This document shows positions 1-13,429 of a stretch of DNA of 64,000 nucleotides, piece after piece. The notes under the pieces were generated by a model. That model was not told the origin of the DNA and made no database searches. It was given only the letters and a program-made list of their open reading frames with translations. Every line of letters begins with the position of its first letter. The stretch's first letter is position 1. The position numbers were made by a program, and so were the translations under genes. The stretch is from Antedon mediterranea (lineage: Eukaryota; Animalia; Echinodermata): contig NC_092672.1 of assembly GCF_964355755.1 (NCBI RefSeq), positions 22,147,237 through 22,211,236 on the forward strand, written 5' to 3'.

Positions 1-789
1 AATCCGGTTTCTGCTGCCAAGAAAATCGTAAATATACGGTATATTTCATATACAGTACTGTTTAGTTATCTCGATTGTTTTTGACGCACACAAACAATAC
101 AACTTGGTCATGACTACAAGTCGGGTAGAGACAGGCTTGCTCGATTAGATTTCTTCTCCCAATTCATACTTCCGACGAAACGCATTTTTTTTGGTAAAGG
201 AAGCCGAAAACAGTCCTCCCACAAAGTAGGTTTAGGCCTAAATTGATAAAAGGAGAAAAAAATCTTACCAGATATGCAGGAATAAATACAATTGTACAAT
301 TGTATCATGGCCAATTCAACAAAGCAGGATATAAAGGTGTACAAAATCAGCGTGGGGAATTCAGTATCTGAACACCGATTGAAACGGGGGCGGTTAAAAG
401 TGCTTGAAACATACCAGGCATTGCATAAAAGCATTAAAAAAACACGTTATAACAAGTTATACATTCGCAACTTCGTGTGTTTTGCGCTACCTTTTAAAAT
501 TAAGACATAGTCCCAGTTTACATTTCATTTTGTTTTTTATGTTCTTTTCATTTTCATCTATTATTTCCTTTTAACATATTTGTATAAATAAACTCCGAAT
601 ACTTGGTTATGATCAAATAAAGTTCAAACATTAAATTATGAGTTCTTCCCTCTTATTATATGGAATTGGTTGTTTTATACTATTATGTTATTTATACATA
701 ATCCGTACATTGCTTTTTTGTATTTTAACCTATGTAGGCCTATATATTTTTTATGACGAATAAACTTGAATTGGAGATATTTCTCTACC

Positions 790-1200
790 TGTCTAAATCA
801 GACACATTCTTCTACACAGCAGCACAACAATGGAACATATTACCACACATTTTAAAAACCATTTTTAGCAAGACAGATTTTAAATTTAAAGTAAAGGAAT
901 ATTTAGCAACGTCTCATGAATGAATAAATGACAGATGTATTTTAACTTACTGTAAGTCGACTTTAAAGAATGACTTGTAATATTATTTGAATAATCAATT
1001 TTATACAGTATGCTTTTATATGCTATGTTTTATTGTTTTACTGGTTTAATATTTTATTGTTTGTATGTATAATGTACCCCAATGGAAATAAGCTGGAATG
1101 ATATTTACCGGCTTTTTGGGTTATCCATGGAACTACCGTATGTTTTAATTGTTCTTGTTTACCAATTGTAATGTATATTTGTGTACTTCCGAATCAATTC
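790..1200 (+). mobile_element. CR1/L2-group (Crack-like) LINE 3' end
   Basis: 798-923 reads SDTFFYTAAQQWNILPHILKTIFSKTDFKFKVKEYLATSHE*, the typical ORF2 C-terminal WNxLP..FK motif. The 3'UTR motif ccccaatggaaataag...gggttatcca is shared with 59230-59305. Confidence 0.65.
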
Positions 1201-2784
1201 AAACGAATGTTTAAGTGCTTAGAAGCATTGTGCAATAAGCGCTTTGTACGAACGAATATTATTATTATTAAGAGAGAAACAATATATATAGAAAAGCAAA
1301 GCACTGAATTGCCATCATATTCTTCTATGCTTTCTTCTATGTAACCGGTTCTTGCTGGTTACACACCAAATTCGGGATGGATTCGAGGTGACGTTCAGAT
1401 AGTTTTATTCTCACTGCGGATCAGTCAATAAGAGATGAGGTTTCTTATTGATGTCCACATCGAAATTCTGACCAAATCCATTTTCCGCGAAAGGAACCGA
1501 CAACTTCGCGCATAAAAGACACTGCGATAAATATGTACTATATGAACAGCGATATAAATGTATTAAATAATAATGATATTATTTACCATTTTTATATGAT
1601 TTCATAATTAATAGAATGCAACGAAATATTAACTTAATTAACCAAATAAATGTATATGTACAAAAATGGTAGGGTCCAACTAACTTAACTAATTAAAACT
1701 AGTATTTTAAGGAAAGATAAACAATTAACTTTACTAAATTAACCGGACTAAGAAAATATAAACAGCATGAATATTTTGGAGGTGTGAAAATAATCTTATT
1801 TCAGGAAGTTCTTAATGAGATAATAGTTAATTCACATGTGTATTAAGATATTAATGCAGAACAAAGGAAATAACAAGATAAAATACAAATAAGTAACAGG
1901 CCAGATAATTACCATAAGTAGAATATTTTAGCACTTTGTCGTAATTCAATGTTGTAATTCAATAAATGTGTACAATGTTAAACAACACACTGTTACATTA
2001 ACAATTAATATTACATGAACTGATACGTACCACCAGGTGCACAATAGAAATTTATGTTTATACAGAATGTGTATATAGATTAAAAAAAGTACAATGACTT
2101 CCGTGTTTAACAATAATGAAATTATGGTGAAACTATAATTAATAAATACTTGAACCACGAAGGACAGAATAGAAGTGATACAAACCACAATGACAAAACT
2201 TTAAACAAAATATTATTAATGAGTTTGTTGTTGTTGCTTTTATATAGTTTTGTAACTGCAACGTTAATTAATTCAAAACACTTTTATAAATAAATCTGAG
2301 TAAATTCATATAATAAATTAATAATTCAATTAATTAATACCAAAAATGAAACATAGATAAATCTAATTCGATTCATGTCCTTGAACAAATAATCTGTTGG
2401 ATAAGATAAGATAAATTTTACAAGGCAATGTAAAAACAAAAAGAAAAGTATAAAAAAATAACATAAAAGTAAAATGAAATACTGTAGTAAAAACAAGGTA
2501 ATCTTACAGATCGAACAATACTTAACCTATATGATGGAGTTAATGTTATTATTTATTTATTATCAGTATTATTAATATTTTCAAGTTTAAAGCGAATATA
2601 TTATCATTATTATTACTAACAAATATATATTATATAATTGCCAATTGATTTTATTATACTGTTATTATTAAAATAAAGGCAACTGTTATATGATTATTTG
2701 TTCTTATTATATTTAATTTTAATAGCTATTTGTAATTTAATTAAACGTGATACTATTTTTAGTATACTATTTAGTCTTATTTTT

Positions 2785-5047
2785 ACATAGTTGGTATAAA
2801 CTACACCTTTACATAGTTGGTATAAACTACACCTTTACATAGTTGGTATAAACTACACCTTTACATAGTTGACATAAACTACACCTTTACATAGTTGGCA
2901 TAAACTACACCTTTACATAGTTGGTATAAACTACACCTTTACATAGTTGGTATAACTACACCTTTACATAGTTGGCATAAACTACACCTTTACATAGTTG
3001 GCATAAACTACACCTTTACATAGTTGGTATAAACTACACCTTTACATAGTTGGCATAAACTACACCTTTACATAGTTGGCATAAACTACACCTTTACATA
3101 GTTGGCATAAACTACACCTTTACATAGTTGGTATAAACTACACCTTTACATAGTTGGCATAAACTACACCTTTACATAGTTGGTATAAACTACACCTTTA
3201 CATAGTTGGTATAAACTACACCTTTACATAGTTGGTATAAACTACACCTTTAACATAGTTGGCATAAACTACACCTTTACATAGTTGGTATAAACTACAC
3301 CTTTACATAGTTGGTATAAACTACACCTTTACATAGTTGGCATAAACTACACCTTTACATAGTTGGTATAAACTACACCTTTGCATAGTTGGCATAAACT
3401 ACACCTTTACATAGTTGGCATAAACTACACCTTTACATAGTTGGCATAAACTACACCTTTACATAGTTGACATAAACTACACCTTTACATAGTTGACATA
3501 AACTACACCTTTACATAGTTGACATAAACTACACCTTTACATAGTTGACATAAACTACACCTTTACATAGTTGACATAAACTACACCTTTACATAGTTGG
3601 CATAAACTACACCTTTACATAGTTGGTATAAACTACACCTTTACATAGTTGACATAAACTACACCTTTACATAGTTGGTATAAACTACACCTTTACATAG
3701 TTGGCATAAACTATACTACACCTTTACATAGTTGCCATAAACTACACCTTTACATAGTTGGCATAAACTACACCTTTACATAGTTGACATAAACTACACC
3801 TTTACATAGTTGACATAAACTACACCTTTACATAGTTGGCATAAACTACACCTTTACATAGTTGGTATAAACTACACCTTTACATAGTTGACATAAACTA
3901 CACCTTTACATAGTTGGTATAAACTACACCTTTACATAGTTGGTATAAACTACACCTTTAACATAGTTGACATAAACTACACCTTTACATAGTTGGCATA
4001 AACTACACCTTTACATAGTTGACATAAACTACACCTTTACATAGTTGGTATAAACTACACCTTTACATAGTTGGTATAAACTACACCTTTAACATAGTTG
4101 ACATAAACTACACCTTTACATAGTTGGCATAAACTACACCTTTACATAGTTGGCATAAACTACACCTTTACATAGTTGACATAAACTACACCTTTACATA
4201 GTTGGTATAAACTACACCTTTAACATAGTTGGCATAAACTACACCTTTACATAGTTGGCATAAACTACACCTTTACATAGTTGACATAAACTACACCTTT
4301 ACATAGTTGGCATAAACTACACCTCTACATAGTTGGCATAAACTACACCTTTACATAGTTGGCATAAAGTACACCTTTACATAGTTGGTATAAACTACAC
4401 CTTTACATAGTTGGTATAAACTACACCTTTAACATAGTTGGCATAAACTACACCTTTACATAGTTGGCATAAACTACACCTTTACATAGTTGGCATAAAC
4501 TACACCTTTACATAGTTGGCATAAACTACACCTTTACATAGTTGGCATAAACTACACCTTTACATAGTTGGCATAAACTACACCTTTAACATAGTTGGTA
4601 TAAACTACACCTACATAGTTGGTATAAACTACACCTTTAACATAGTTGGTATAAACTACACCTTTAACATAGTTGGTATAAACTACACCTTTAACATAGT
4701 TGGTATAAACTACACCTTTAACATAGTTGGTATAAACTACACCTTTAACATAGTTGGTATAAACTACACCTTTAACATAGTTGGTATAAACTACACCTTT
4801 ACATAGTTGGTATAAACTACACCTTTACATAGTTGACATAAACTACACCTTTACATAGTTGGCATAAACTACACCTTTAACATAGTTGGTATAAACTACA
4901 CCTTTAACATAGTTGGTATAAACTACGCCTTTAACATAGTTGGTATAAACTACACCTTTACATAGTTGGTATAAACTACACCTTTACATAGTTGACATAA
5001 ACTACACCTTTACATAGTTGACATAAACTACACCTTTACATAGTTGG
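2785..5047. repeat. 26-bp minisatellite, about 87 copies
   Basis: Unit ACATAGTTGGTATAAACTACACCTTT, with variants GGT/GGC/GAC and an occasional extra A. Confidence 0.98.
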
Positions 5048-6189
5048 CCATAAAAAAAACATAAAAAGAATACAAACAATACAACAAACGGATACAAAAT
5101 AAATGGCGTGAATACAGGAACAACTAATTTTAAACCAACCGACTCGATCTCTGTTGTAGTCACACATCACTGAAATAAAAAAAACATTAAATATTAGGGT
5201 AATAAGTGAAAATAATCATAATAACTTAAACTATAGTATATATAATAATGACTGAAAAATATCGATAACTGAAAGGGTAACATACACTACTCCACACTAA
5301 CATTTGCAAGCTAGCTCTGAGATTATAATTTTGTTTTTCCATGATCTTTATCCACATAGATTGTTATTGCTGAGGAAAAGTGTATAGTGTTTATGTGTAC
5401 TGTTGCATACAAAGTCACGTTAAATTAATAATGTTTCTTTCCGAAGTCCAGGCAATCTAACAACAGGATGCAGGATCTATTATGCTATAATAATAAATTA
5501 ATAATGTTTCCCTCCGAAGTGCTATACTAGATCACGTTATACCCAGATATTTATAATTTATACTACACTCTAGATAGAAAAAGAGATCATTCAAACACAC
5601 TAATATCGATCAGCAAGAAGTTAATTTTGAAAAAAATGAGTTGCAACCATAATTTCCACATTTGGCTAGCCTGAGATCATGTTTACTATTATAAATGCCA
5701 ATACCTTTAGTCTTATAATAGTGCCCTCTATAATGGTTTGACATTTTTTCAAAATATTATAGTGCCCTCTATAGTTTAGACATAATTTTATAAAACCTCC
5801 AGGAATATTTAATTTTTCCAAATTGATAATTTTAGGTTCACATGAATTGACTGCTTTATAATTATCAGCGAAAGACGCTGCATGGATCCATATCAGTTTG
5901 TATATTGCGTTAATGAGGACGATTTTTTATTTGTTATTTTTTAAATCCATTTGGCTCATCTGACAAAGGTAAGTCCTATGCATATCTTCATTTTTGAAAT
6001 TTCCTCTCGGCATTTAATACCATCGACTCTCTTATGTATTAATAGATAAGCTTTGTTTTGCCCATGCCTCACCTCCATCTATCCAATCTGGAGCAGTTGT
6101 ATCGTTGATGGTGATTTTACTGAAATGAGTATTTTAAGAATGTTGTTTATAACAGAGGCAAAATGTTTTTGAACAAAAATGAGACCGTC

Positions 6190-6530
6190 GATATCTAGCT
6201 TTGAATGAAGCAATTGTTGTGGAATATTTAATTTCAGTTGGTAGGTTATTCCATATTTAAGAATGTTGTTTTTAACAGAGGCAAAAACATTCCACAATAT
6301 CAGTGTTCAGTGGCATGGTACAAGTTTACACCATGAGGCAAATGTATTTCTAATGTTATATTAAAATGATACACTTGACGTTAATGCTATTAGGCCTGTC
6401 AATTTGGCTGATATGCAAGAGCTTGTGGTCAGTGTGATAAAACTGGGTAGATTCAGAAATACAAGATATTCGATATAATACTCGTAACGAAAAGTTCAAG
6501 TATGTTTACATGACCATTGCGTGATGGTAT
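6190..6530 (-). mobile_element. Degenerate CR1/L2-group LINE ORF2 C-terminal fragment
   Basis: Minus strand near 6190-6260 reads IWNNLPTEIKYSTTIASFKARY; upstream extent is approximate. Confidence 0.5.
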
Positions 6531-6589
6531 ATCATTAACATCTTTAGGCCTATACAGGATTAAACTATCAGGTAAAAGAAAAAATACTT

Positions 6590-7300
6590 ACTAGCCTATA
6601 CATAGATTCTTTATTCGTTCGTCATTCCGAAGTTTAAAATAAACCATACTAGCATATACTGATCTTGCATTTTGTTCGCTTTTGATTCTCGCACTGAGTG
6701 GTGATATAGCATTATAACCCCGGCCCACTAAGGATCCATTTGGAAAATCACAAGAAGGGCAGGGCTTAGGATTGTAATTTATGTATATACTTGAATGTAA
6801 ACAGGATGCAGGAACTGTGTATAACAAACGACTTACTGTATTAAAGATGTAGGTAACCTGTACGGATTATGGATGGAATAACGCTATCTTCTTTGTGAAG
6901 CAGGTGACACATTTTGTAGATTGCGTTTTACCAAGAGAACACATGCATCCTGTTTACATTCAAGTATATACATCAATTACAATCCTACGCCCTGCCCTTC
7001 TTGTGATTCTTGTAATTTTTCCAAATATAGGCCTAGTAGTTTCTCGACAAAAGAAATAACACTAACTTATTGTCAAGAGATCGGTAATTTGTAATTATAT
7101 ACTCACAAGAACTGTACAGTTGTTTTGATTTAACCGCATGATCTCCATTGTATTTTAAATTACAATTGAGTTTTATCCCTTTGTTTTTGTTTCAAGCTGT
7201 ACCGTTTATCGATTTATTTATTTGTCTGTATTGTACAGGCCACATACAGTGAACATGGGAAATCAAAGAACTGCCCTAGTAGTTCTATTAATATTTGTAA
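6590..7300. repeat. Rearranged inverted duplication of 10216-11212
   Basis: 6590-6735 is the reverse complement of 10216-10362; 6812-7065 of 10968-11212; 7066-7300 of 10460-10695. 6738-6812 is a direct copy of 11015-11086. Confidence 0.9.
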
Positions 7301-7988
7301 TTTGTAAAAGGGGGAAGGCAGAATGCTTGTTAAAGTCAACTGATACTGTGGAATCAACACAAATAATAACACGCTTCTTAAGGCTTACTAGCCTATACAT
7401 AGATTCTTTATTCGTTCGTCATTCCGAAGTCCAAAATATCATAACCAGCAACTACAATTGAACAAGGCCAACAGCCATTAAGTCGCGTGCTACAATGCAT
7501 AGTGATACCGGACCGACAGACAAACAGACCGACAGACAGACAGACCGACAGACAGACGGACCGACCGACATAGTGAACTATACTGACCGAAATTACTGAA
7601 CATGTTTAAAAATGTTGAAATGTTTAAAAACATTTATATTTTTTTAATTTACACGTGCGTAGCCTGTCACTTTTGACGTGCTCGTATAACGTAATTTCGA
7701 GTTGAAAAGTAAGTCAAGAAAACAGAAATCGGGTAAAAAGAGTGCGCAATAACATTTAACGCGCAGTGCGCGCGCAAAAATCTGCGCACTCATGGCAATT
7801 TTGTAAACGCTTAAAATTGCCTGAAACGTACTCTTATTTCATCGAAAATAAATTTTGAAAATTTTAAGCGCGCGTACACGTAATTGTATTGCCATATGAT
7901 GATTTATGCCCTGAAATTTATGAGTACAAAATTTTATTTAATTGTGATTCATGGTTGTTAAGATATGATTACAAACGTGATTTCGTTA

Positions 7989-9112
7989 ATAATAATAATA
8001 ATAATAATACCACATTTATATAGCGCCCTTTTCATGAGTAATCATGCTCAAAGGCGCTTTACAAGCATTATTACCCCAGTATTTTTAGTCGCGTGGAAGC
8101 GACTCTATAGTTCACTAAGTCGGTCGGTCGGTCTGTCTGTCTGTCTGTCTGTCGGTCTGTCGGTCTGTCTGTCTGTCGGTCCGGTATCACTATGCGTTTT
8201 GTCGCTTTATGACCTTATCTTGATATCAGTTTAATCTAGCTAAGTCAATTTTTCACAGAATATTCCTTATGGCCAGGAATCGATGTGGTTATGTTTTCAC
8301 GGTGCGCAATAAAAAATTACGCGGTCTACGCACGATTTAACGAAATCACGTTTGTAATCATATCTTAACAACCATGAATCACAATTAAATAAAATTTGGT
8401 ACTCATAAATTTCAGGGCATAAATCATCATATGGCAATACAATTACGTGCGTAGCGCATGTAACGCATGCGTACGCGCGCTTAAAATTTTCAAAATTTAT
8501 TTTCGATGAAATAAGAGTACGTTTCAGGCAATTTTAAGCGTTTACAAAATTGCCATGAGAGCGCAGATTTTTGCGCGCGCACTGCGCGTTAAATGTTATT
8601 GCGCACACTTTTTGCCCGATTTCTGTTTTCTTGACTTAATTTTCAACTCGAAATTACGTTATACGAGCACGTCAAATGTGACAGGCTACGCACGTGTAAA
8701 TTAAAAAAATATAAATGTTTTTAAACATTTCAACATTTTTAAACATGTTCAGTAATTTCGGTCAGTATAGTTCACTATGTCGGTCGGTCCGTCTGTCTGT
8801 CGGTCTGTCTGTCTGTCAGTCTGTTTGTCTGTCGGTCCGGTATCACTATGCATTGTAGCACGCGACTTAATGGCTGTTGGCCTTGTTTGGGATCAAACAC
8901 GTATGGAAACATACTCCCATAATGCAGCCGGTAACCAGCGCAAAGTTGTGTCTAGATCTAACTGGGTACCCATTTATACACCTGGGTGGAGAGAGGCAAC
9001 GTAAGTAAAGTATCTTGCCTACGGATACAAGCAATGCGGCGAGAGTTGGATTCGAACCTAGGTCTGACGATCGGTAGTCCAACGTCCAACACACTGCGCC
9101 ACACGCCCTTAC
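7989..9112 (-). mobile_element. tRNA-derived CORE-type SINE with L2-like tail (interrupted by 8082-8888)
   Basis: A box TGGCGCAGTGTG, B box GGTTCGAATCC, CORE-like ggcaagatacttta...ccacccaggtgtataaatgggtacc, tail tgtaaagcgcctttgag...ggcgctatataaat then (TAT)n. Confidence 0.85.
8082..8888 (+). mobile_element. Helentron-associated / DINE-1-like element (inner, intact copy)
   Basis: TTTTTAGTCGCGTGGAAGCGACT 5' hairpin, two GTCT microsatellite blocks, 3' cacgcgactta then tggctgttggccttgTTT; T-run target. Confidence 0.88.
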
Positions 9113-9670
9113 TTAAATCGTGCGTAGACCGCGTAATTTTTTATTGCGCACCGTGAAAACATAACCACATCGATTCCTGGCCATAAGGAATATTCTGTGA
9201 AAAATTGACTTAGCTAGATTAAACTGATATCAAGATAAGGTCATAAAGCGATAAAACGCATAGTGATACCGGACCGACAGACAGACAGACCGACAGACAG
9301 ACCGACAGACAGACCGACAGACAGACAGACAGACCGACCGACCGACCGACATAGTGAACTATAGAGTCGCTTCCACGCGACTAAAAACATTCATGTAAAC
9401 AAGAAAAGCAATTTACAAATATAAACTGAACTTGTCATGTCACACAACAAAGCGGCAAGTACGCCACCACTATTTTGGAACGTAAGTGATAACAGTTATC
9501 AGACATTCAAACACTCTCCGTTTATTTAAGTGTTGATATACTATTTGTTAGCAAAGTGTATTTAGAAGTGATAGTGAGTTGAAAATTACAGTAGGCCTGT
9601 AAAGATGGTCTATGATTGTGTAAATGCTATTTTAGGAAACAAATGCAAACTTTGTCTTGCTAGTACTTAA

Positions 9671-9989
9671 AGATGTATTGTCCCCCAATAACATGAAAAA
9701 TAAAGATTAATTAAATCAGACTTTGAATAGATTATTTTGTAGTTTTAATTAAGTTACTCACTTCTGGCCGTAGAAAAAAAATAATAATTTCACTTAAAAA
9801 ATAACATAATACAGTAAATGGTTAAATTCAACCAAAAATCCATTGGCTGGCAGTCAATTTGATCATCTTTGCTTAAATACTTTTTATAGATCAAATTTAT
9901 CGAACAGTGGATAACTATCATGTGACATTAAATTGCATATTCAACAACAAAAAAGTTAAAAATTATTTTTCAGGGGGGACAATACATCT
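9671..9989. mobile_element. Kolobok-like MITE
   Basis: Perfect 16-bp TIR AGATGTATTGTCCCCC, TTAA on both sides, AG...CT termini. Confidence 0.85.
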
Positions 9990-11852
9990 TTAAACGAAAT
10001 GTCCTAGATTTAATTAATTTTGTATGCCTGCTAACTATATGGCCGTCCAATAAAGTGTAATTTGATTGTATGAGCATTAACTGATGGGACTGATTTCGCG
10101 AGAGCGTAAAACTCATCCTCTAAAAAGTTGGTACAATTCAGATGGAATCAATAGTTGCAATCGTCGCATTGAATACCGCGTTGATTCGATCTGACACACT
10201 TAGAACAAGAACCGAATGGATCCTTAGTGGTCTGGAGTTATATGCTATATCACCACTCAGTGCGAGAATCAAAAGCGAAACAAATGCAAGATCAGTATAT
10301 GCTAGTATGGTTTATTTTAAACTTCGGAATGACGAACGAATAAAGAATCTATGTATAGGCTGGCAAGTCTTGGGAAGCGTGTCATTATTTGTGTTGACTC
10401 CACGGTATCGGTTGACTTGATGAGTATTCCGCATTCACTTCAAAACGTCCATTTACAAATTACAGATATTAATAGAACTACTATACTAGGGCAGTTCTTT
10501 GATGTCCCATGTTCGCTGTATGTGGCCTGTGCAATACAGACAAATAAATAAATAGATAAACGGTACAGCTTGAAACAAAACAAAGGGATAAAACTCAACT
10601 GTAATTTAAAATACAATGGAGATCACGGTTAAATCAAAACAACTGTACAGTTCTTGTAAGCTTATAACTACAAATTACCGATCTCTTGACAATAATTTTA
10701 ATGAGGTGGTTCACTTTAGAAACTAGTGTATGATATTGTCGTAAAATGAACTAAAATTAGAACCTGAACGTGAACCTGATTCAAGTTGTCATATTTTACT
10801 ACAAGATGCACACTAGGAACAATGTTAAAATATGCAAATTAATTACTTGCGAACTTGATTAAGCTTGGATGGTGTAGACATAATTTACATTTAAGGAGCT
10901 TCTCTAATTTGTTTCGGAAAATTTACTTTTTAAATTCTTAAAATGTTGTATGTATCGGCCTGTAGGCCTAATTGTTAGTGTTATTTCTTTTGTCGAGAAA
11001 CTACTAGGCCTATATTTGGAAAATCACAAGAAGGGCAGGGCGTAGGATTGTAATTGATGTCTGTAATTGAATTTAAACAGGATGCATGTGTTGTCTTGGT
11101 AAAACGCAATCTGCAATATGTATCATTTGCTTCACAAAGAAGATAGCGTTATTCCATCCATAATCCGTACAGGTTACCTACATCTTTAATAAGTCGTTTG
11201 TTATACACAGTTCATTGTTGCTATATTATTATTCATAGAGAGCAATCCCGGATCACTTCATTATTTCTTATAGTATATTTTGAAACAGCTTTAAATAATA
11301 CAATGTTTAACCAGGTTTTATATTTTTTTCTATATATTTGGTATTAATGAAAATAATGTATTTGTTATGTATATTGGAAAAAATATATAAAAAATAAATA
11401 TATTTACAATATGATTTTAATTATTTGTATATAATTTGACACACGCACATACAAAGACGCAGACAACTGATGGGTAAACTTTTACTTTGATTAGAAGAAT
11501 TTAATATTGGATTTGATATAATAATTCTAATTTTTGTTAATTATAATCACAGACAAAATGAGATTTTAAGCTACAGTAATCATTCATAATACCGTAAGCA
11601 TTAATCTACAAGCACATTTAATTGTCATAAATGTAGGCCATACAACTTTGGAATGTTGGTCTTTAACTCGCTGAGATTCCGTATTACCGTAGGTTAGAGC
11701 CTATTTATACACGTATATGCGTAAGCCATGGCGTACGCATTGCGTAGCATACGCCTTGCGTGTGAACTAAGCACTTACTACGCCACGGCCGTGGCGTTAG
11801 ATAACGAGATAACGAACAGTTCATTGTTGCTTGATAATTTATTCATTCAGAG

Positions 11853-11876
11853 CAGGGAGTTAATAACAACTCCCTG
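11853..11876. mobile_element. 24-bp hairpin insertion with 7-bp TSD (P-like footprint)
   Basis: ttcagag|CAGGGAGTTaataacAACTCCCTG|ttcagag; absent from the paralog at 11231-11250. Confidence 0.75.
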
Positions 11877-11924
11877 TTCAGAGCACACCGGAACACTTCA
11901 TTCAATTTTTCAATAGTATATTTA

Positions 11925-12946
11925 TCTATATATAAATTTACGTAAGGGCAAAAATCGGTAAATCACGCGTTATTTCTAGAATGTTTACTCGATGGTATAT
12001 AAAGTTGGTTCGTACTTTCGGTACTAATTTTTTGTATTAATTAATAATTTAAAAATATATAAACGTACGTAGTGGTGTATCGTTACATGTACTTTACTAT
12101 TTCAATCGACTATGACAGTGAGAGTTTTAACAAAGTATTAAATCGTAAATGTTTTACTGTATTTAGTGGTATATTATTTATAGGCCTATAAAACATTAAA
12201 AACAATATTTCGTTACTGAGTGGATAAGAATATATTTTAAAATGTTTCCTCTTTGTACCTATCTTCTTCCCCCATCCCTCAACTCTTAATGTTACATACA
12301 AAACACAAATTGGGTTTGTTTAAATGAGTCCAAATAAAAAAATTTGACTCATTTTGTTTCTCTCTCGGAAGTAATTCCCAGGGTGCTAATTTTAGCTGAC
12401 TACATAAATCATCGTGTATATTTATTCGTTTCTGTAAACGACAATGTATTATAGTCCTGCAGTACGTACATTTGAAATCTCCATTTTTTTCTCGCTGGAA
12501 AATACTGTGTATTAAATAAACGTCGTAGTGGTGTATCGTGACATGTACTTTATTATTTCAATCGATTATGACAGTGACAGTTTTAACAAAGTGTTAAATC
12601 GCAAATGTTTTACTGTATTTAGAGGTATATTATTTATAGGCCTATAAAACACGAAAAAAATATTTCGTTACTGAGTGGATAAAGAATATATTTTAAAATG
12701 GTTCCTCTTTGTACCTATCCACTTTCCCATCCCTCAACCCTAATATAAAAAAACCCATACAAAACACACATTGAGTTTCTTTAAATGAGTCCAAATCAAA
12801 AATTTGGACTCATTTTGTGACAATATAGTCCTGCGGTACGTACATTTGAAATCGCCAGTTTTGTGACGCTGAAATTACTGTGTATTCGAGAACCATCTGT
12901 GGGCACAACCTAGATGGTACGCGAGCGAAGCGAGCGTACCATCTAG
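11925..12946 (+). mobile_element. Non-autonomous Helitron, copy 1
   Basis: A|TC start, 3' hairpin and CTAG|T end, no TSD. Same ends as 30010-31456; internal tandem duplication of about 460 bp. Confidence 0.88.
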
Positions 12947-13196
12947 TATAATACAATTTTTAATAACCAGATTTTAAATTAAATTTTGTAATGACCAATT
13001 AATGATATATTTAATATGTATATTGGACAAAATAAAAAAAGAAATATATTTGACATATTATTATTTGATATAATTTAACGTACGCACATAAAGAGACGCA
13101 GACAACTAAACTTTTACTTTGATTAGAAGTAATAATTGTTTATTTGATTTGATATAATAATTCTAATATTTGCTACGTCTACTCTAAGACCCGTAA

Positions 13197-13301
13197 GGTC
13201 CGTATTAATGACTGGACTATCTCTGGATTTAGTCTGGACAATCTTTAGTCCTGGACTAAACCAGTATTAAAATCGGCAAAAGATAGTCATGAATACGGGC
13301 C
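13197..13301. mobile_element. Short PIF/Harbinger-like MITE
   Basis: TIR ggtccgtattaatgact versus ggcccgtattcatgact; TSD not clean. Confidence 0.5.
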
Positions 13302-13429
13302 AATGTGATTGTGGCCTACACTATGCAGTCATTCACAGTAAGCATTAACCTCAACAACAGTCACTGATCGTTTTATATTTTAGTACATATAGATATAGAT
13401 ATCACATACCAGTTCATAAATCACATTTA

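Larger units (their letters stand above)
7461..9387 (-). mobile_element. Helentron-associated / DINE-1-like non-autonomous element (outer copy, split at 7988/9113)
   Basis: Reverse complement of 8082-8888. Sub-terminal IR agtcgcgtg/cacgcgact, (GTCT/GTCG)n blocks, inserted in an A/T run. The empty site is visible at 13455-13475 (caattgaaaaacattc). Confidence 0.85.

Noticed and set aside
2785-5047. CRISPR-like array
   Set aside because: Units are contiguous with no unique spacers, there are no cas genes, and the context is eukaryotic.
7965-9094. ORFs containing SVCLSVGL repeats (also 48656-48925)
   Set aside because: They are read-through of GTCT microsatellites in non-autonomous elements.
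6591-10420. Two ORFs sharing YAISPLSARIKSE..NLCIG as a duplicated small gene
   Set aside because: The shared peptide simply follows from the recent inverted DNA duplication; starts differ and no domain is recognisable.
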